Source: a virus (taxonomy: Duplodnaviria > Caudoviricetes). From it: 61,052 nucleotides of DNA. Every line of letters begins with the position of its first letter. Within the stretch, counting starts at the first letter, position 1. The DNA lies in the IMG/VR virus record IMGVR_UViG_3300046780_000585, positions 1-61,052 of that record. One strand, written 5' to 3'. The notes below the pieces were generated by a model. That model was given only the letters and a program-made list of their open reading frames with translations. It ran no database searches and had not been told where the DNA came from. Of this stretch, positions 1 through 8,398 are shown in pieces. The position numbers and the translations under genes were made by a program.

Positions 1-514
1 CAGAGCCTCCATTCATCGTCACCCATGATACGATAACGCTCACGTTTGGTCGACCATGGCTCTCCCCATTGCATTTCACAACTCCCATCCGCAACTTGTT
101 GAACGCCCCCTTAAGCGCCGCTCGCAGCCGTTTGATCTCAGCTTCTTGCTGCTCAATGAGGCTGGCGTAGCTCATGAGCACCGCCCGCAGCCGCTCGATT
201 TCGGCCGCCAGCGCAGCAATATCGCGTTCGTAGGTGGCATTGCGCTCCTGCGAGCGGATCACGTCCTTGTCGGCGCGCAGCCGCTCGATCTCAGCCCGCG
301 CGTCGTCACGCTCATTGTGAAGTTGATCGTGGCCCCGGCAAATGCGTTGGTAATCGGCGCGCAGCCGCTCGATCTCGGCCTCGCGGTTGCCGATCAGCGC
401 GTGCAACAGCGCGTTGGCCTTCATCAGGTCATCGCGTTCGGCCGCCAAGCAGATTGGGCACATTCCATCTGCGACCGCGGCCTCGGATTCCCAATGCGCG
501 TGCCTGCATGGCAT
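1..514 (-). CDS. Coiled-coil protein with repeated AEIERLRA motifs (runs off the window start)
   Basis: My translation from ATG 514 (or TTG 526): MPCRHAHWESEAAVADGMCPICLAAERDDLMKAN...AEIERLRA (x3 plus one EIKRLRA); no stop before base 1, so it is absent from the ORF track. Confidence 0.65.
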   Translation of the reverse strand, partial: MPCRHAHWESEAAVADGMCPICLAAERDDLMKANALLHALIGNREAEIERLRADYQRICRGHDQLHNERDDARAEIERLRADKDVIRSQERNATYERDIAALAAEIERLRAVLMSYASLIEQQEAEIKRLRAALKGAFNKLRMGVVKCNGESHGRPNVSVIVSWVTMNGGS

Positions 515-522
515 TTTGGAAT

Positions 523-732
523 TCAACCCAAATGAACTCTGGCGCGCGGCGCCCAGCACCGATCGACGATCTTTCCGGTCGGGTCGAGCAACCTCACTTC
601 GCCCTGTCGCAAGTCGCGCTTGATCTTATCGAAGACGGGCCGGACTGACGATTCGTCCGGTCCTGTGGCGCGGACCTTGCGGGTATCGGAATAGCGCCCG
701 CCGTGACGATCAACGATCCATGGATTAGACAT
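523..732 (-). CDS. Hypothetical protein
   Basis: 69-aa ORF, GAGG upstream, fits the leftward gene run. Confidence 0.6.
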   Translation of the reverse strand: MSNPWIVDRHGGRYSDTRKVRATGPDESSVRPVFDKIKRDLRQGEVRLLDPTGKIVDRCWAPRARVHLG

Positions 733-744
733 TCACCGTTACCC

Positions 745-945
745 TCAAGCAAACATCTTGAACAGGATTGCGCTTGTCATCGCCATATTGGTGCCGACCA
801 TCCATTTCAAGACCGTCAAATCGGTTTCGATCTTGCCGGCCCGGTTTTCATAGCCGGCGGCCTCTTCGGCAGCGGCGCGTGCTATCTCGTCCGGCACGTC
901 GCCGGCCCGCAATGCAGCGTAGAGTTTTGCCATCATGACGGTCAT
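745..945 (-). CDS. Small coiled-coil protein with hydrophobic C-terminus
   Basis: AAGGAG upstream of ATG 945; ends LKWMVGTNMAMTSAILFKMFA. Confidence 0.65.
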   Translation of the reverse strand: MTVMMAKLYAALRAGDVPDEIARAAAEEAAGYENRAGKIETDLTVLKWMVGTNMAMTSAILFKMFA

Positions 946-1011
946 TCGAGGTGGTGCTCCTTGGCGCTTCGTGCTGCGCGCCCCGAAGGACGCGCAGAGG
1001 CGAAACGTCAA

Positions 1012-1131
1012 TCAGCGGCAGATTTGCTGCCAGCCATTGCCGTTCCATTCCCAGCGGCAATCGGCGTGCGCCGGGGCCGTAGCCACGGCAAGACCAGCAA
1101 TGATTGACAGCACGGTAAGGATAGTTTTCAT
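1012..1131 (-). CDS. 39-aa secreted peptide precursor (signal peptide plus 16-aa Cys-bracketed peptide)
   Basis: GAGGAC SD, then MKTILTVLSIIAGLAVATAPAHA|DCRWEWNGNGWQQICR*; below the ORF-track cutoff. Confidence 0.8.
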   Translation of the reverse strand: MKTILTVLSIIAGLAVATAPAHADCRWEWNGNGWQQICR

Positions 1132-1185
1132 GGTTTAGTCCTCGCTTGTGCGCCGCGCCATGCGGCGTTCGTTAGAGTCGAAACT

Positions 1186-1247
1186 GGACTCATCAGGCAC
1201 CGCGTCACGGTGCGACCGGCAAGGCCTAGTAGCCGCCGGTTTCGTCC
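1186..1247 (-). ncRNA. Hammerhead ribozyme 1 (type II)
   Basis: GGAC-GAA-ACCGGC..GCCGGU-C-GCACCG UGACG CGGUGC-CUGAUGA-GUCC: full core and three stems; predicted cut after GUC (1214/1213). Confidence 0.92.
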
Positions 1248-1248
1248 T

Positions 1249-1485
1249 TCAAGGCGCCGTCGCCGTCTCCAAGCGCGCGAGCCGGTTGTCCAGGCGGCCC
1301 AGTATGTCCTTCACCTGCACCATGTCGCGGGCGAGCCGCAACACCATCTCGGTCAGCACCGTCTGTCCATAGGAAAGCTCGCGCACATTGTGTTCGATGC
1401 TGTCCATCCGTTTTTCAATGTCGTCGAATCGCCTATCCACACGCGCAAATCGTTCACGCAAGAAGTCCAGGACATCATCAGTCAT
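1249..1485 (-). CDS. Coiled-coil hypothetical protein
   Basis: GCGAGGAC SD before MTDDVLDFLRERF; heptad pattern. Confidence 0.7.
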   Translation of the reverse strand: MTDDVLDFLRERFARVDRRFDDIEKRMDSIEHNVRELSYGQTVLTEMVLRLARDMVQVKDILGRLDNRLARLETATAP

Positions 1486-1721
1486 TGTTTTATCGTCCTC
1501 GCTTTGTGGGCGCCCGCCAAGGCCGCCCGGTTCCGGTAATATTGCCCAGAGCGCCATATGGCGCAAGAGCGGCGGCCTCTGTTAAAGTTTAATCATTCCG
1601 TCCGCCGGGCCGGCTGCTTCGGTCCTCGCGGCAGCCAAGGGACCTTTAGTCCCGGATGCCCGGCGGAAGGATAGGGCCGGCCGGGACGCCAATCCCGCCG
1701 GCCCGCCTTGTGTCGCGTCAA

Positions 1722-1892
1722 TTAGTCATCAGTTGCGGCTGGCAGACGTTCTGCTCGCTGGATCAGCCAGATCAGCAAGACAATATAGGCCAGCACGAAT
1801 GGACCTCCGATAGCGGCTGTTAAAAACAAGCCGGCCATTGCCGCGATCGTATACGTCACAATGCGTGCGCTCTTGCCTGAATCATCCGACAT
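1722..1892 (-). CDS. Small membrane protein
   Basis: GCGAGGAA SD; two hydrophobic segments. Confidence 0.65.
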   Translation of the reverse strand: MSDDSGKSARIVTYTIAAMAGLFLTAAIGGPFVLAYIVLLIWLIQRAERLPAATDD

Positions 1893-1941
1893 TTTGGTTG
1901 GTTCCTCGCTATATGCCGCGCCATGCGGCGTTGGGTTTACT

Positions 1942-1996
1942 GGACTCATCAGGCGCCGCGTCACGGCGCGACGGGGGTTAGTTCCCCGTTTCGTCC
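1942..1996 (-). ncRNA. Hammerhead ribozyme 2 (type II)
   Basis: GGAC-GAA-ACGGGG AACUAAC CCCCGU-C-GCGCCG UGACG CGGCGC-CUGAUGA-GUCC; cut 1970/1969. Confidence 0.92.
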
Positions 1997-2178
1997 TTGT
2001 GGCTGCGGGCCTCCAGCCACGCCCGCTCGAGTCGCGCGATCATGACGGCGGCACGCTGCAACAGGTCACGCCGCTCGCCCGCCATCGCCGCGCATTGCGT
2101 CTCGATCAGCTCGCGCGATAGCGCCTCAATCTCGGCCTGCGTCGGGGGCGGCGGCATGTTATCGTCGTCCGGTGACAT
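1978..2178 (-). CDS. Hypothetical protein
   Basis: AAGGA SD; its stop codon lies in the stem III loop of hammerhead 2. Confidence 0.6.
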   Translation of the reverse strand: MSPDDDNMPPPPTQAEIEALSRELIETQCAAMAGERRDLLQRAAVMIARLERAWLEARSHKDETGN

Positions 2179-2248
2179 GGCATGGTCCTTCCGTTGGTCT
2201 TGCTGCAGCCAGTCCGGCTCGGTGGTTTTCTAGTGATCGTAGAGCACA

Positions 2249-2449
2249 TCATGCGATCTCGTCCTCGCGAATTAAAAAATTAAGGCTAACGTGCGCACCG
2301 GCCGCGCGGCGTTCCTTCGCCCATTTGATCGCTTGCGCGCGGTCCACAATCTTTGTGAGACCGAAAATGCGGACCTTGAGCTTTTGGCCGTGGCGCCCCA
2401 GCACGATAAACGGGGACGGCGGCGGCGGTGTCGATACATCCCACATCAT
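2249..2449 (-). CDS. Hypothetical protein
   Basis: GGAGGT SD; start overlaps the upstream stop. Confidence 0.6.
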   Translation of the reverse strand: MMWDVSTPPPPSPFIVLGRHGQKLKVRIFGLTKIVDRAQAIKWAKERRAAGAHVSLNFLIREDEIA

Positions 2450-2673
2450 GCCACACCTCCCGGCGTCACGATGCGCACAAGCTCGCGGCTGTTGGCGCCG
2501 GCAACCGTGAAATTGCGGATGACATAGAGTGGCGAGCAGGGATTGAGATTGAATATCAGTAGCGTATTGCCGGTGCGGTCCGCGTCCTGCTGCGCCAGGG
2601 CGATGATTCGATCGAGCTTGGTTACTTTGTCGTGCGCGCGGTCTATGTGCTTCAATTCAGATTTGCTAGGCAT
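2446..2673 (-). CDS. Hypothetical protein
   Basis: GAGGAC SD before MPSKSELK. Confidence 0.6.
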   Translation of the reverse strand: MPSKSELKHIDRAHDKVTKLDRIIALAQQDADRTGNTLLIFNLNPCSPLYVIRNFTVAGANSRELVRIVTPGGVA

Positions 2674-2766
2674 TGTCTTGGTCCTCACTGTTTGCTGCCC
2701 GGCCATCGGGCATGGGTTGATAGTTGCAGAGAACGGAATGCGCGGATACCGGAAAGATCAGCAAAT

Positions 2767-2784
2767 ATCCGCACATTTCCGCAC
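2767..2784. promoter_or_regulatory. 18-bp repeat ATCCGCACATTTCCGCAC, copy 1
   Basis: Identical copy at 4669-4686; both are intergenic, upstream of leftward gene runs. Confidence 0.55.
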
Positions 2785-2793
2785 ACGAGGGCG

Positions 2794-3711
2794 TCAGGCC
2801 GCAAGCGATACCGGGGCATTGCCGGCAAGCGCCAGGCCGCGCAGATGATCCGCCGCTGCTTGTGCCTTGCTGCACGCGGTAAAAAACGCGCGGCTGTCGG
2901 ACTTCAGGAGCGCGATCCAGTGCGCGATATAGCCGGCATGGCGTAGATCGCCGTCGAGATCGAATTCAGCGCAGAGGAAAGCCGCGCAGAGTTCCGCCAC
3001 CAGTTCTTCCGCCGCATAGGCCTGGTCACCAAAGCGCTTACCCCATGCCGATTGGCGATCAAGCCGGGACTTGTGCCCGGTCCAATGGCCAAGCTCATGG
3101 AACGCCGTCGAATAGAAGTTATGCGCGTCCTTGAAGGCACCGAATGCCGGCAGTGATATGTAGTCCGTTGACGGCGAGAAGAAAGCTTCGCCAGCACCTT
3201 CCCGGATATCGGCCTGCGTACATGCCATGAACTCGTCGATCGTCGCGTCCCGTTCGTCGCGGTTGCGCGGCGGCTTGCCCGTCGCCGGTGCAATGATCTT
3301 GTCCGGAAGATTCTCGCATTGCGCGACGTTGAAGACCGTATATTCTCGCATCATCGGGATAAGGCGCGGGCCCGCAGGCTCGCCATTGCCTTCGGCTGGT
3401 GTCGGTGCAGTCTTGTCCGTTACCGCCAATTGCTTGACGAAATAGACTTTCGTGCCATGCTCGCCCTTGCGCACGTTGCCGCCAGCGTCCAGTGCTTGTT
3501 TGAATGTCAGGTAGCGCGGGCTCGCATAGCCACGATTGGCCGCCAGCCAAAGCAGGATGACGTTGCAGCCGCTATAGGGGCGGTTTGTTGTGGCGTTGCA
3601 CGGTACGTTATGGCCTGCCGTCGCCGACCACGGCTTGATCCAAGGCGCCGCGCCACGCTCCAACTCTTGGACTATGCGTGCAGAGACTTCCGAATAGAGG
3701 TCGCGTTTCAT
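2794..3711 (-). CDS. ardC: ArdC-like antirestriction/ssDNA-binding protein with zincin-like domain
   Basis: PWIKPW, RPYSGCN, YLTFKQA, VRKGEHG, VFNVAQ, HELGHWTGH, YAAEELVAE motifs. Confidence 0.9.
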   Translation of the reverse strand: MKRDLYSEVSARIVQELERGAAPWIKPWSATAGHNVPCNATTNRPYSGCNVILLWLAANRGYASPRYLTFKQALDAGGNVRKGEHGTKVYFVKQLAVTDKTAPTPAEGNGEPAGPRLIPMMREYTVFNVAQCENLPDKIIAPATGKPPRNRDERDATIDEFMACTQADIREGAGEAFFSPSTDYISLPAFGAFKDAHNFYSTAFHELGHWTGHKSRLDRQSAWGKRFGDQAYAAEELVAELCAAFLCAEFDLDGDLRHAGYIAHWIALLKSDSRAFFTACSKAQAAADHLRGLALAGNAPVSLAA

Positions 3712-3801
3712 TTTGATTGTCCTCGCTGTGTTGCCTCCCGCCAAGGAGGCCGGCTGGATCGCCGATCATGGGCACCGCAAAGGATGCCCATGGGCTGCAA
3801 T

Positions 3802-4026
3802 TCAGCTCACTAGTTCCTTGCATTCCCAGATATGCATTCCAGCATCATTCAGCCGTCGCGCATGATCGGCGCAGCACCAAAACCATGGCGACTCGTTAAA
3901 CTCAATCGCGCGGCCATGGAGCTGCTCAACTCGAGCTTTAGTGCGAATGATGCAAGTCGCTTCATTGGCGTCTGGTGTCGGATTGCCTTGCGCATCAATC
4001 CATTTGATCTGGCAAATCGCTTTCAT
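3802..4026 (-). CDS. Hypothetical Cys-containing protein
   Basis: GCGAGGAC SD before MKAICQ. Confidence 0.6.
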   Translation of the reverse strand: MKAICQIKWIDAQGNPTPDANEATCIIRTKARVEQLHGRAIEFNESPWFWCCADHARRLNDAGMHIWECKELVS

Positions 4027-4080
4027 TTCGTCCTCGCTGTGTTGTCGGACACTCGCCAAAGCGCCCGGGTTGTTGTGTCT

Positions 4081-4133
4081 GGTCTCGTCAGTGGCGGCAT
4101 CACCGCCAGACGGGGCAAAGCCCCGTTTCGACC
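4081..4133 (-). ncRNA. Hammerhead ribozyme 3 (type II)
   Basis: GGUC-GAA-ACGGGGC UUU GCCCCGU-C-UGGCGG UGAUG CCGCCA-CUGACGA-GACC; cut 4109/4108. Confidence 0.92.
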
Positions 4134-4135
4134 TG

Positions 4136-4309
4136 TCACGCGCGATAATCAATCGCACGCGTATAGACGCTGTGTTGCTGCGACGCCCATTTGTCGAGAA
4201 TGATCACTTCGCGATCATATTCAGCCTGCGACAATCGGCCGGACATAAGCCGCGCGTCCAGCCTATCCATCGCACGCTCAACTTGCCGCTCAATCTGGTC
4301 CTCGGTCAT
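4136..4309 (-). CDS. Hypothetical protein (57 aa)
   Basis: My translation MTEDQIERQVERAMDRLDARLMSGRLSQAEYDREV...; AAGGA SD. Confidence 0.7.
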   Translation of the reverse strand: MTEDQIERQVERAMDRLDARLMSGRLSQAEYDREVIILDKWASQQHSVYTRAIDYRA

Positions 4310-4321
4310 TTGTTCGTTCCT

Positions 4322-4573
4322 TCACGCCAAGCAATGAATGAGCTGCGAACCACGCGTTTGATTGGTCCCAGCCGGATCAAAGATCATCCCGCAACGGCCG
4401 TAACGATCCAGGACCTCAATCGAGAACCCAATCGCCATCACCTGCAGCAGAGTGTGGCGTGTGATCGTCTTGGTTCCCGCGATGGCGGCAAAAGCTTTTG
4501 CCTTGGCGCAAACGGGATAAGCCGTCTCCGTCCCGTACACCGACTTGATCTGTATCTGGATGCTCTCTGTCAT
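4322..4573 (-). CDS. Hypothetical protein
   Basis: GAGGAC SD; MTESIQIQIKSVYGTETAYPVCAKAKAFAAIAGTKT. Confidence 0.7.
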   Translation of the reverse strand: MTESIQIQIKSVYGTETAYPVCAKAKAFAAIAGTKTITRHTLLQVMAIGFSIEVLDRYGRCGMIFDPAGTNQTRGSQLIHCLA

Positions 4574-4668
4574 TTGTTTGGTCCTCGTTTGTTGCCAGGC
4601 GCCAACCCGGCTTGCAATCAACAATCTATCAAACAAATACAAATGCACAACCGTAAAGATTGGCACAA

Positions 4669-4686
4669 ATCCGCACATTTCCGCAC
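4669..4686. promoter_or_regulatory. 18-bp repeat ATCCGCACATTTCCGCAC, copy 2
   Basis: Identical to 2767-2784. Confidence 0.55.
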
Positions 4687-5185
4687 CAAGCAAACAAGAG
4701 CAGGAAAGATTGTTGCTGGGGGAGACAACCTCAATTCAAGCCAGATTAAAGTTAGCAGAGTCGCTCGCCGAGCCGGGAAAAGTTCATAGCATCTGGCAGT
4801 TTTAGTGCCATACGGCCTATTTAGTGCCACGATGGAGCGTTTCCAAAACGGCACAGCCGGCAGGACACTATTGGAATTGGAGCCCTGTTTTGCCGGTGCC
4901 CACAGCACGCGAGTGGGCCGTGAACTGCTAAGCCTCTGATTTTATTGAATTGAGGTAGTCAGGTAGGTTGCGAAGCTGCGGAAATGGCCTCGCAGACGGA
5001 GCAATGGATGTGGTGCGGTCGCCAATAGGATGGCCGCAGGACGCCCTAGGAAGGCCAAGGGTGCGTTTGAATGGACCGGCCGCTACCCTACCCTAGGTCA
5101 TACCGCAAGAACGCGCCCCGCAAGCCATCCCATCGATTTCCGCGAGCTGCGAGCTGCAGCTTTCCTCTAGCCTTGCCATGACGCC

Positions 5186-5223
5186 ACCCCACCCCACCCC
5201 ACCCCAGGCCCCCCCCGGGGGGG
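5186..5223. repeat. (ACCCC)4 tract followed by a C8/G7 palindrome
   Basis: Read directly; the minus strand is (GGGGT)4. Confidence 0.8.
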
Positions 5224-5382
5224 ACGCTGGCCAGGCCACCCCCATCGATCTTCTATCTCAGTGCCCCCCGCATATCTGTCCGCTGTTTTCCCATTACAAC
5301 CGTTAGTATAGAATTCGACCATGGTTCGCCTTGTTGGTTTTAGAATTTCGATTTTGGGTTTCCCCTATATAGGACTAGACCT

Positions 5383-5579
5383 TGTCCCGTCCCGAAACCG
5401 CTCCCCTGCCGGGTATGGATTCCGGCGTGGGCGTCGGGACAGAAGTTGTCCCGGCTTTTTTTGTTGTGTTTGTGATGGTTAGTTTATTTTGGGACAATCG
5501 GGACAAAACGGCTGTCCCGATATAAAAAAAACGTAAAAAACCTGAAAAGTTTGCTTGGTATCGGGACACAACCTGTCCC
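5383..5579. repeat. GGGACA iteron-like cluster, putative replication origin
   Basis: Eight GGGACA/TGTCCC copies with A/T tracts, just downstream of the helicase gene. Confidence 0.55.
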
Positions 5580-5855
5580 GATTTGTGACAGCCAAGAAGG
5601 AGGTTGATTTTGAGGGTTTGGCGGGCCCGAGGCGAGGCGCCGGCGCTGCCGGGAGGTTAGGCATCTCCCGGCGCGAAAGCGGCCGTGCCGTGTCCGCCGA
5701 ATGGGGAGAAACCGCGATGGTATGGATCGCGATTTCTATAACCATCAGAAAGCACCGCGCACGACTGACCATCAAAGTGCGGTGGTTCTGACGCGAAGCC
5801 GGGGGGGCGGGTTAGGGCTCGCCCCTCCACCCCGAAATCTAGGGCGATCCGGGCC

Positions 5856-7286
5856 TTAGAACAAGTTCTTTTGGCCACCGGTATTCTGCTGCCGGTTGAA
5901 GCGGAGGACGGCTTGGCGGGCGGCGTCTTTGCCTTCGTCGGTGAGGTGCCACTTATTACGGAGCTTGGTTGTTAATTTAGGCTTCTTCTTTTCGAGGTCG
6001 GCGACGAGACGCTCGACCTTTTTCTTGTAGGCTTCGCCGCTTTCGGAGACCCAGCCGAGATCGCTTGCCCAGTTGGCGAAGGAGCCACCGTGGTCGGCGG
6101 GCATGTTGAGCATGGCGGTGAGGACGCGGTCTTCGTCCTCCTCGGCCTTGTCGGAGTGCTGTTCTTCCTCGCGTTGGGAGATGGGGACGGCGCGCACGGT
6201 GGTGATTTGGCGGCCTTTTTGGTCGACGAGGGCTGGTGACTTGATGGGCTCGAGCTTGAAGGACATGGCCTGGAAGCCGGGGCCGCGGATTTTGTTGTAG
6301 TGGAGTTCGACGATGTCGTCGGTGGTTCTGGCGAGGGTGAGGTTGCCGTCCATTTCGGCGAGGTATGCGCCGCCGCCGCGGGGGAGGAGTTGGGAAGGGT
6401 CGGTGACGTATTTGATGGGGTGGCACAGCACGAGGACGCAGGGTTGGCCCGGCAACGTTGTGAGCCTTCGGAGCGTCCTGGCGTAGGCGCCCATCTGGGT
6501 ATTACTGAGTTCCTCATTGCCCAAAAAATACGCCGCGCTGGTATCGACGATGATGAGGCTGAATTCGCCCACGACCTTGCCGTCGGCCTCGATTGTGGGC
6601 CACATCTGCTCGATGTCGAAGACGCCGGGGAGGAAGTAGATGGTGTCCTTGTCGGGGTTGTCGTTTCGGAAGCTGTTGGCGCCGATGACGCGCATGCGGA
6701 TATCGTCGGGGTTTTCGCCGACGAAGTAGAGCACGCGGCCTTTTTCGAGACGGTGGGAACCGAACATGGCGTTGCGGTCGAGGCAGGCGACGCGCTCGGC
6801 GAGGTGGAGGGCGACGGCGGTCTTGGCGTGGCCGGTCTGGCCGGTCAGGGCGTAGATGAAGCGGCGCTGCAGGATGCCTTCGACCAGGTAGTCGGGCGGG
6901 ATGAAGCCCAGGATGAATTCGGCCTGGCTGAGGACTTTGCGGGGCGCGGTGGCGGGCGCGGTCTTGGGGCCGGAGGGTTTGTGGCCCCCCTTGGCGGGTC
7001 CGTTGCTGCCTGGTGGGGGCGGCCGCTGGACCCCGGCGAAGGCGGCTGCGATGCGGGTCTGCAGCCCGTCCTCGCCCAACGCCGCGACCAGCCCGTGGGC
7101 CTGCGCCATCTCGTAGAGGGCATCGATTGCCGTGGCCATGGGGAGGCCGCCCGCGACGTAGCCGGCGGCGTCCTTGGCGGCCTCGTCGAAGGCCGTGGTG
7201 CGGGCCTCGAGGTCGCCCTCGCCCAGGCTGGCCAGCACCGCCCGCCAGTTCGCCAAACCCTCCCGGAAGCGGTCCTCGATGGTCAT
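5856..7286 (-). CDS. RepA/AAA_25-type replicative helicase
   Basis: Walker A variant GQTGHAKT, VLYFVGEN, Walker B LIIVDT, VLVLCHP, RGGGA. Confidence 0.85.
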   Translation of the reverse strand: MTIEDRFREGLANWRAVLASLGEGDLEARTTAFDEAAKDAAGYVAGGLPMATAIDALYEMAQAHGLVAALGEDGLQTRIAAAFAGVQRPPPPGSNGPAKGGHKPSGPKTAPATAPRKVLSQAEFILGFIPPDYLVEGILQRRFIYALTGQTGHAKTAVALHLAERVACLDRNAMFGSHRLEKGRVLYFVGENPDDIRMRVIGANSFRNDNPDKDTIYFLPGVFDIEQMWPTIEADGKVVGEFSLIIVDTSAAYFLGNEELSNTQMGAYARTLRRLTTLPGQPCVLVLCHPIKYVTDPSQLLPRGGGAYLAEMDGNLTLARTTDDIVELHYNKIRGPGFQAMSFKLEPIKSPALVDQKGRQITTVRAVPISQREEEQHSDKAEEDEDRVLTAMLNMPADHGGSFANWASDLGWVSESGEAYKKKVERLVADLEKKKPKLTTKLRNKWHLTDEGKDAARQAVLRFNRQQNTGGQKNLF

Positions 7287-7495
7287 GCGGTGAAATACCT
7301 GGCGAACGGATTGCAGATGATGGCCTCGCAGGCCGAGATGCCCAGTAGGTCGATGAGCCCGGCCCGCCAGGCGTAGTGCAGCAGCGGATCGGTCGCCGCG
7401 CCGTAGTCGAATTCATTGCAGCCGTAGAGCAAGGCCCGCGCCTCGGCGCGCGCGCGCAGGACCAGGATCGGTGCAATAAGAGTGGTATCCGACAT
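7283..7495 (-). CDS. Hypothetical protein
   Basis: ATGA-coupled to the helicase gene. Confidence 0.65.
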   Translation of the reverse strand: MSDTTLIAPILVLRARAEARALLYGCNEFDYGAATDPLLHYAWRAGLIDLLGISACEAIICNPFARYFTA

Positions 7496-7581
7496 TGCAT
7501 TTCCGATAAAAAAAATCAGGCGTCGCCGTCGAGCGCGGCGTTGATCAGGCTATGGCCGGTCACCAAGCGAACGGACCACGG

Positions 7582-7875
7582 TCAGTTGGCCTCGATCAGG
7601 GCAACCGCGCGATCCAGAACCTCGATCTGCGCATCGAGCGCGTTGACGACGTGCTGCACCTGCGCCCGCCGCTCGGTCAGGATGCCACGCTGCACCCGCA
7701 GCTTCTCCCCAAGCGACCGCAGTTCCTCGCCGCTCTGGTCCGCAATGATGTCGATGGCGTCGGGCGTGGCCCTTTGATCGAAGGCGATGTGGACCGCCTC
7801 ATTGACCGCGCTCGCCGCGGGACTTGTCCCCACATCCTTCCGGGTCGGTTTCTCGAGATTGGGTCTCTTCGACAC
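7582..7875 (-). CDS. Hypothetical coiled-coil protein
   Basis: Strong GAGGAG SD before GTG. Confidence 0.65.
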   Translation of the reverse strand: MSKRPNLEKPTRKDVGTSPAASAVNEAVHIAFDQRATPDAIDIIADQSGEELRSLGEKLRVQRGILTERRAQVQHVVNALDAQIEVLDRAVALIEAN

Positions 7876-7905
7876 TGGTTGCTCCTCCTCTTTCTGCTCC
7901 GGGGC

Positions 7906-8124
7906 TCAAGTCCCTCTCGGCGGGAACAGCTTTTTCAACGCATCCACAGCTCGCTCGTCGTCCTCATCGACGGCGCGCGTCATCAGCGCGTAGACGAACG
8001 GCTTCATCGTGTCGCTCGGCTCCGGGTAGTCGTGGTCGAATATCCACCCGAGGCGGGCTTGGGCGCGGCGCCAATAGGCCAGCGCCTTTGCCTTGGCTTG
8101 CTCCAGCTCGAGGTCGTCGGTCAC
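7906..8124 (-). CDS. Hypothetical protein
   Basis: GGAGG SD before GTG. Confidence 0.55.
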   Translation of the reverse strand: MTDDLELEQAKAKALAYWRRAQARLGWIFDHDYPEPSDTMKPFVYALMTRAVDEDDERAVDALKKLFPPRGT

Positions 8125-8161
8125 GCGCCCTCCACCTCGTCCGACAATGGAACAACGTGCT

Positions 8162-8398
8162 TCATATTAAGTCCCTCCCGGCGCGAAACAGCTTTTTCAA
8201 CGTTTCCAAAGCTCGCTCATCGGACAATGGAACAACAACAAAACCCTGGTCCCACAACCACGCCAACAGGTGCGTCACAGCATCATCGGTGTCTTCGGCC
8301 GTGTCAAAATGCGAGGCAAAATAGCGATGCAAGGCTTCCTTGGCGCCGTTGCCGTCCTGGGTGGCTTCTGGAGCCATCCGACCAGTGGCTTTCGTCAT
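8162..8398 (-). CDS. Hypothetical protein
   Basis: ATGA-coupled to the VRR-NUC gene. Confidence 0.6.
   Translation of the reverse strand: MTKATGRMAPEATQDGNGAKEALHRYFASHFDTAEDTDDAVTHLLAWLWDQGFVVVPLSDERALETLKKLFRAGRDLI

Noticed and set aside
636-666. Fourth hammerhead (CTGACGA)
   Set aside because: Lies inside a CDS on the non-coding strand and lacks the GAAA and three-stem layout.
1611-1660. HDV-like ribozyme (TCCTCGC loop)
   Set aside because: No P2/P1.1 arrangement; the heptamer is the complement of the recurring SD motif.
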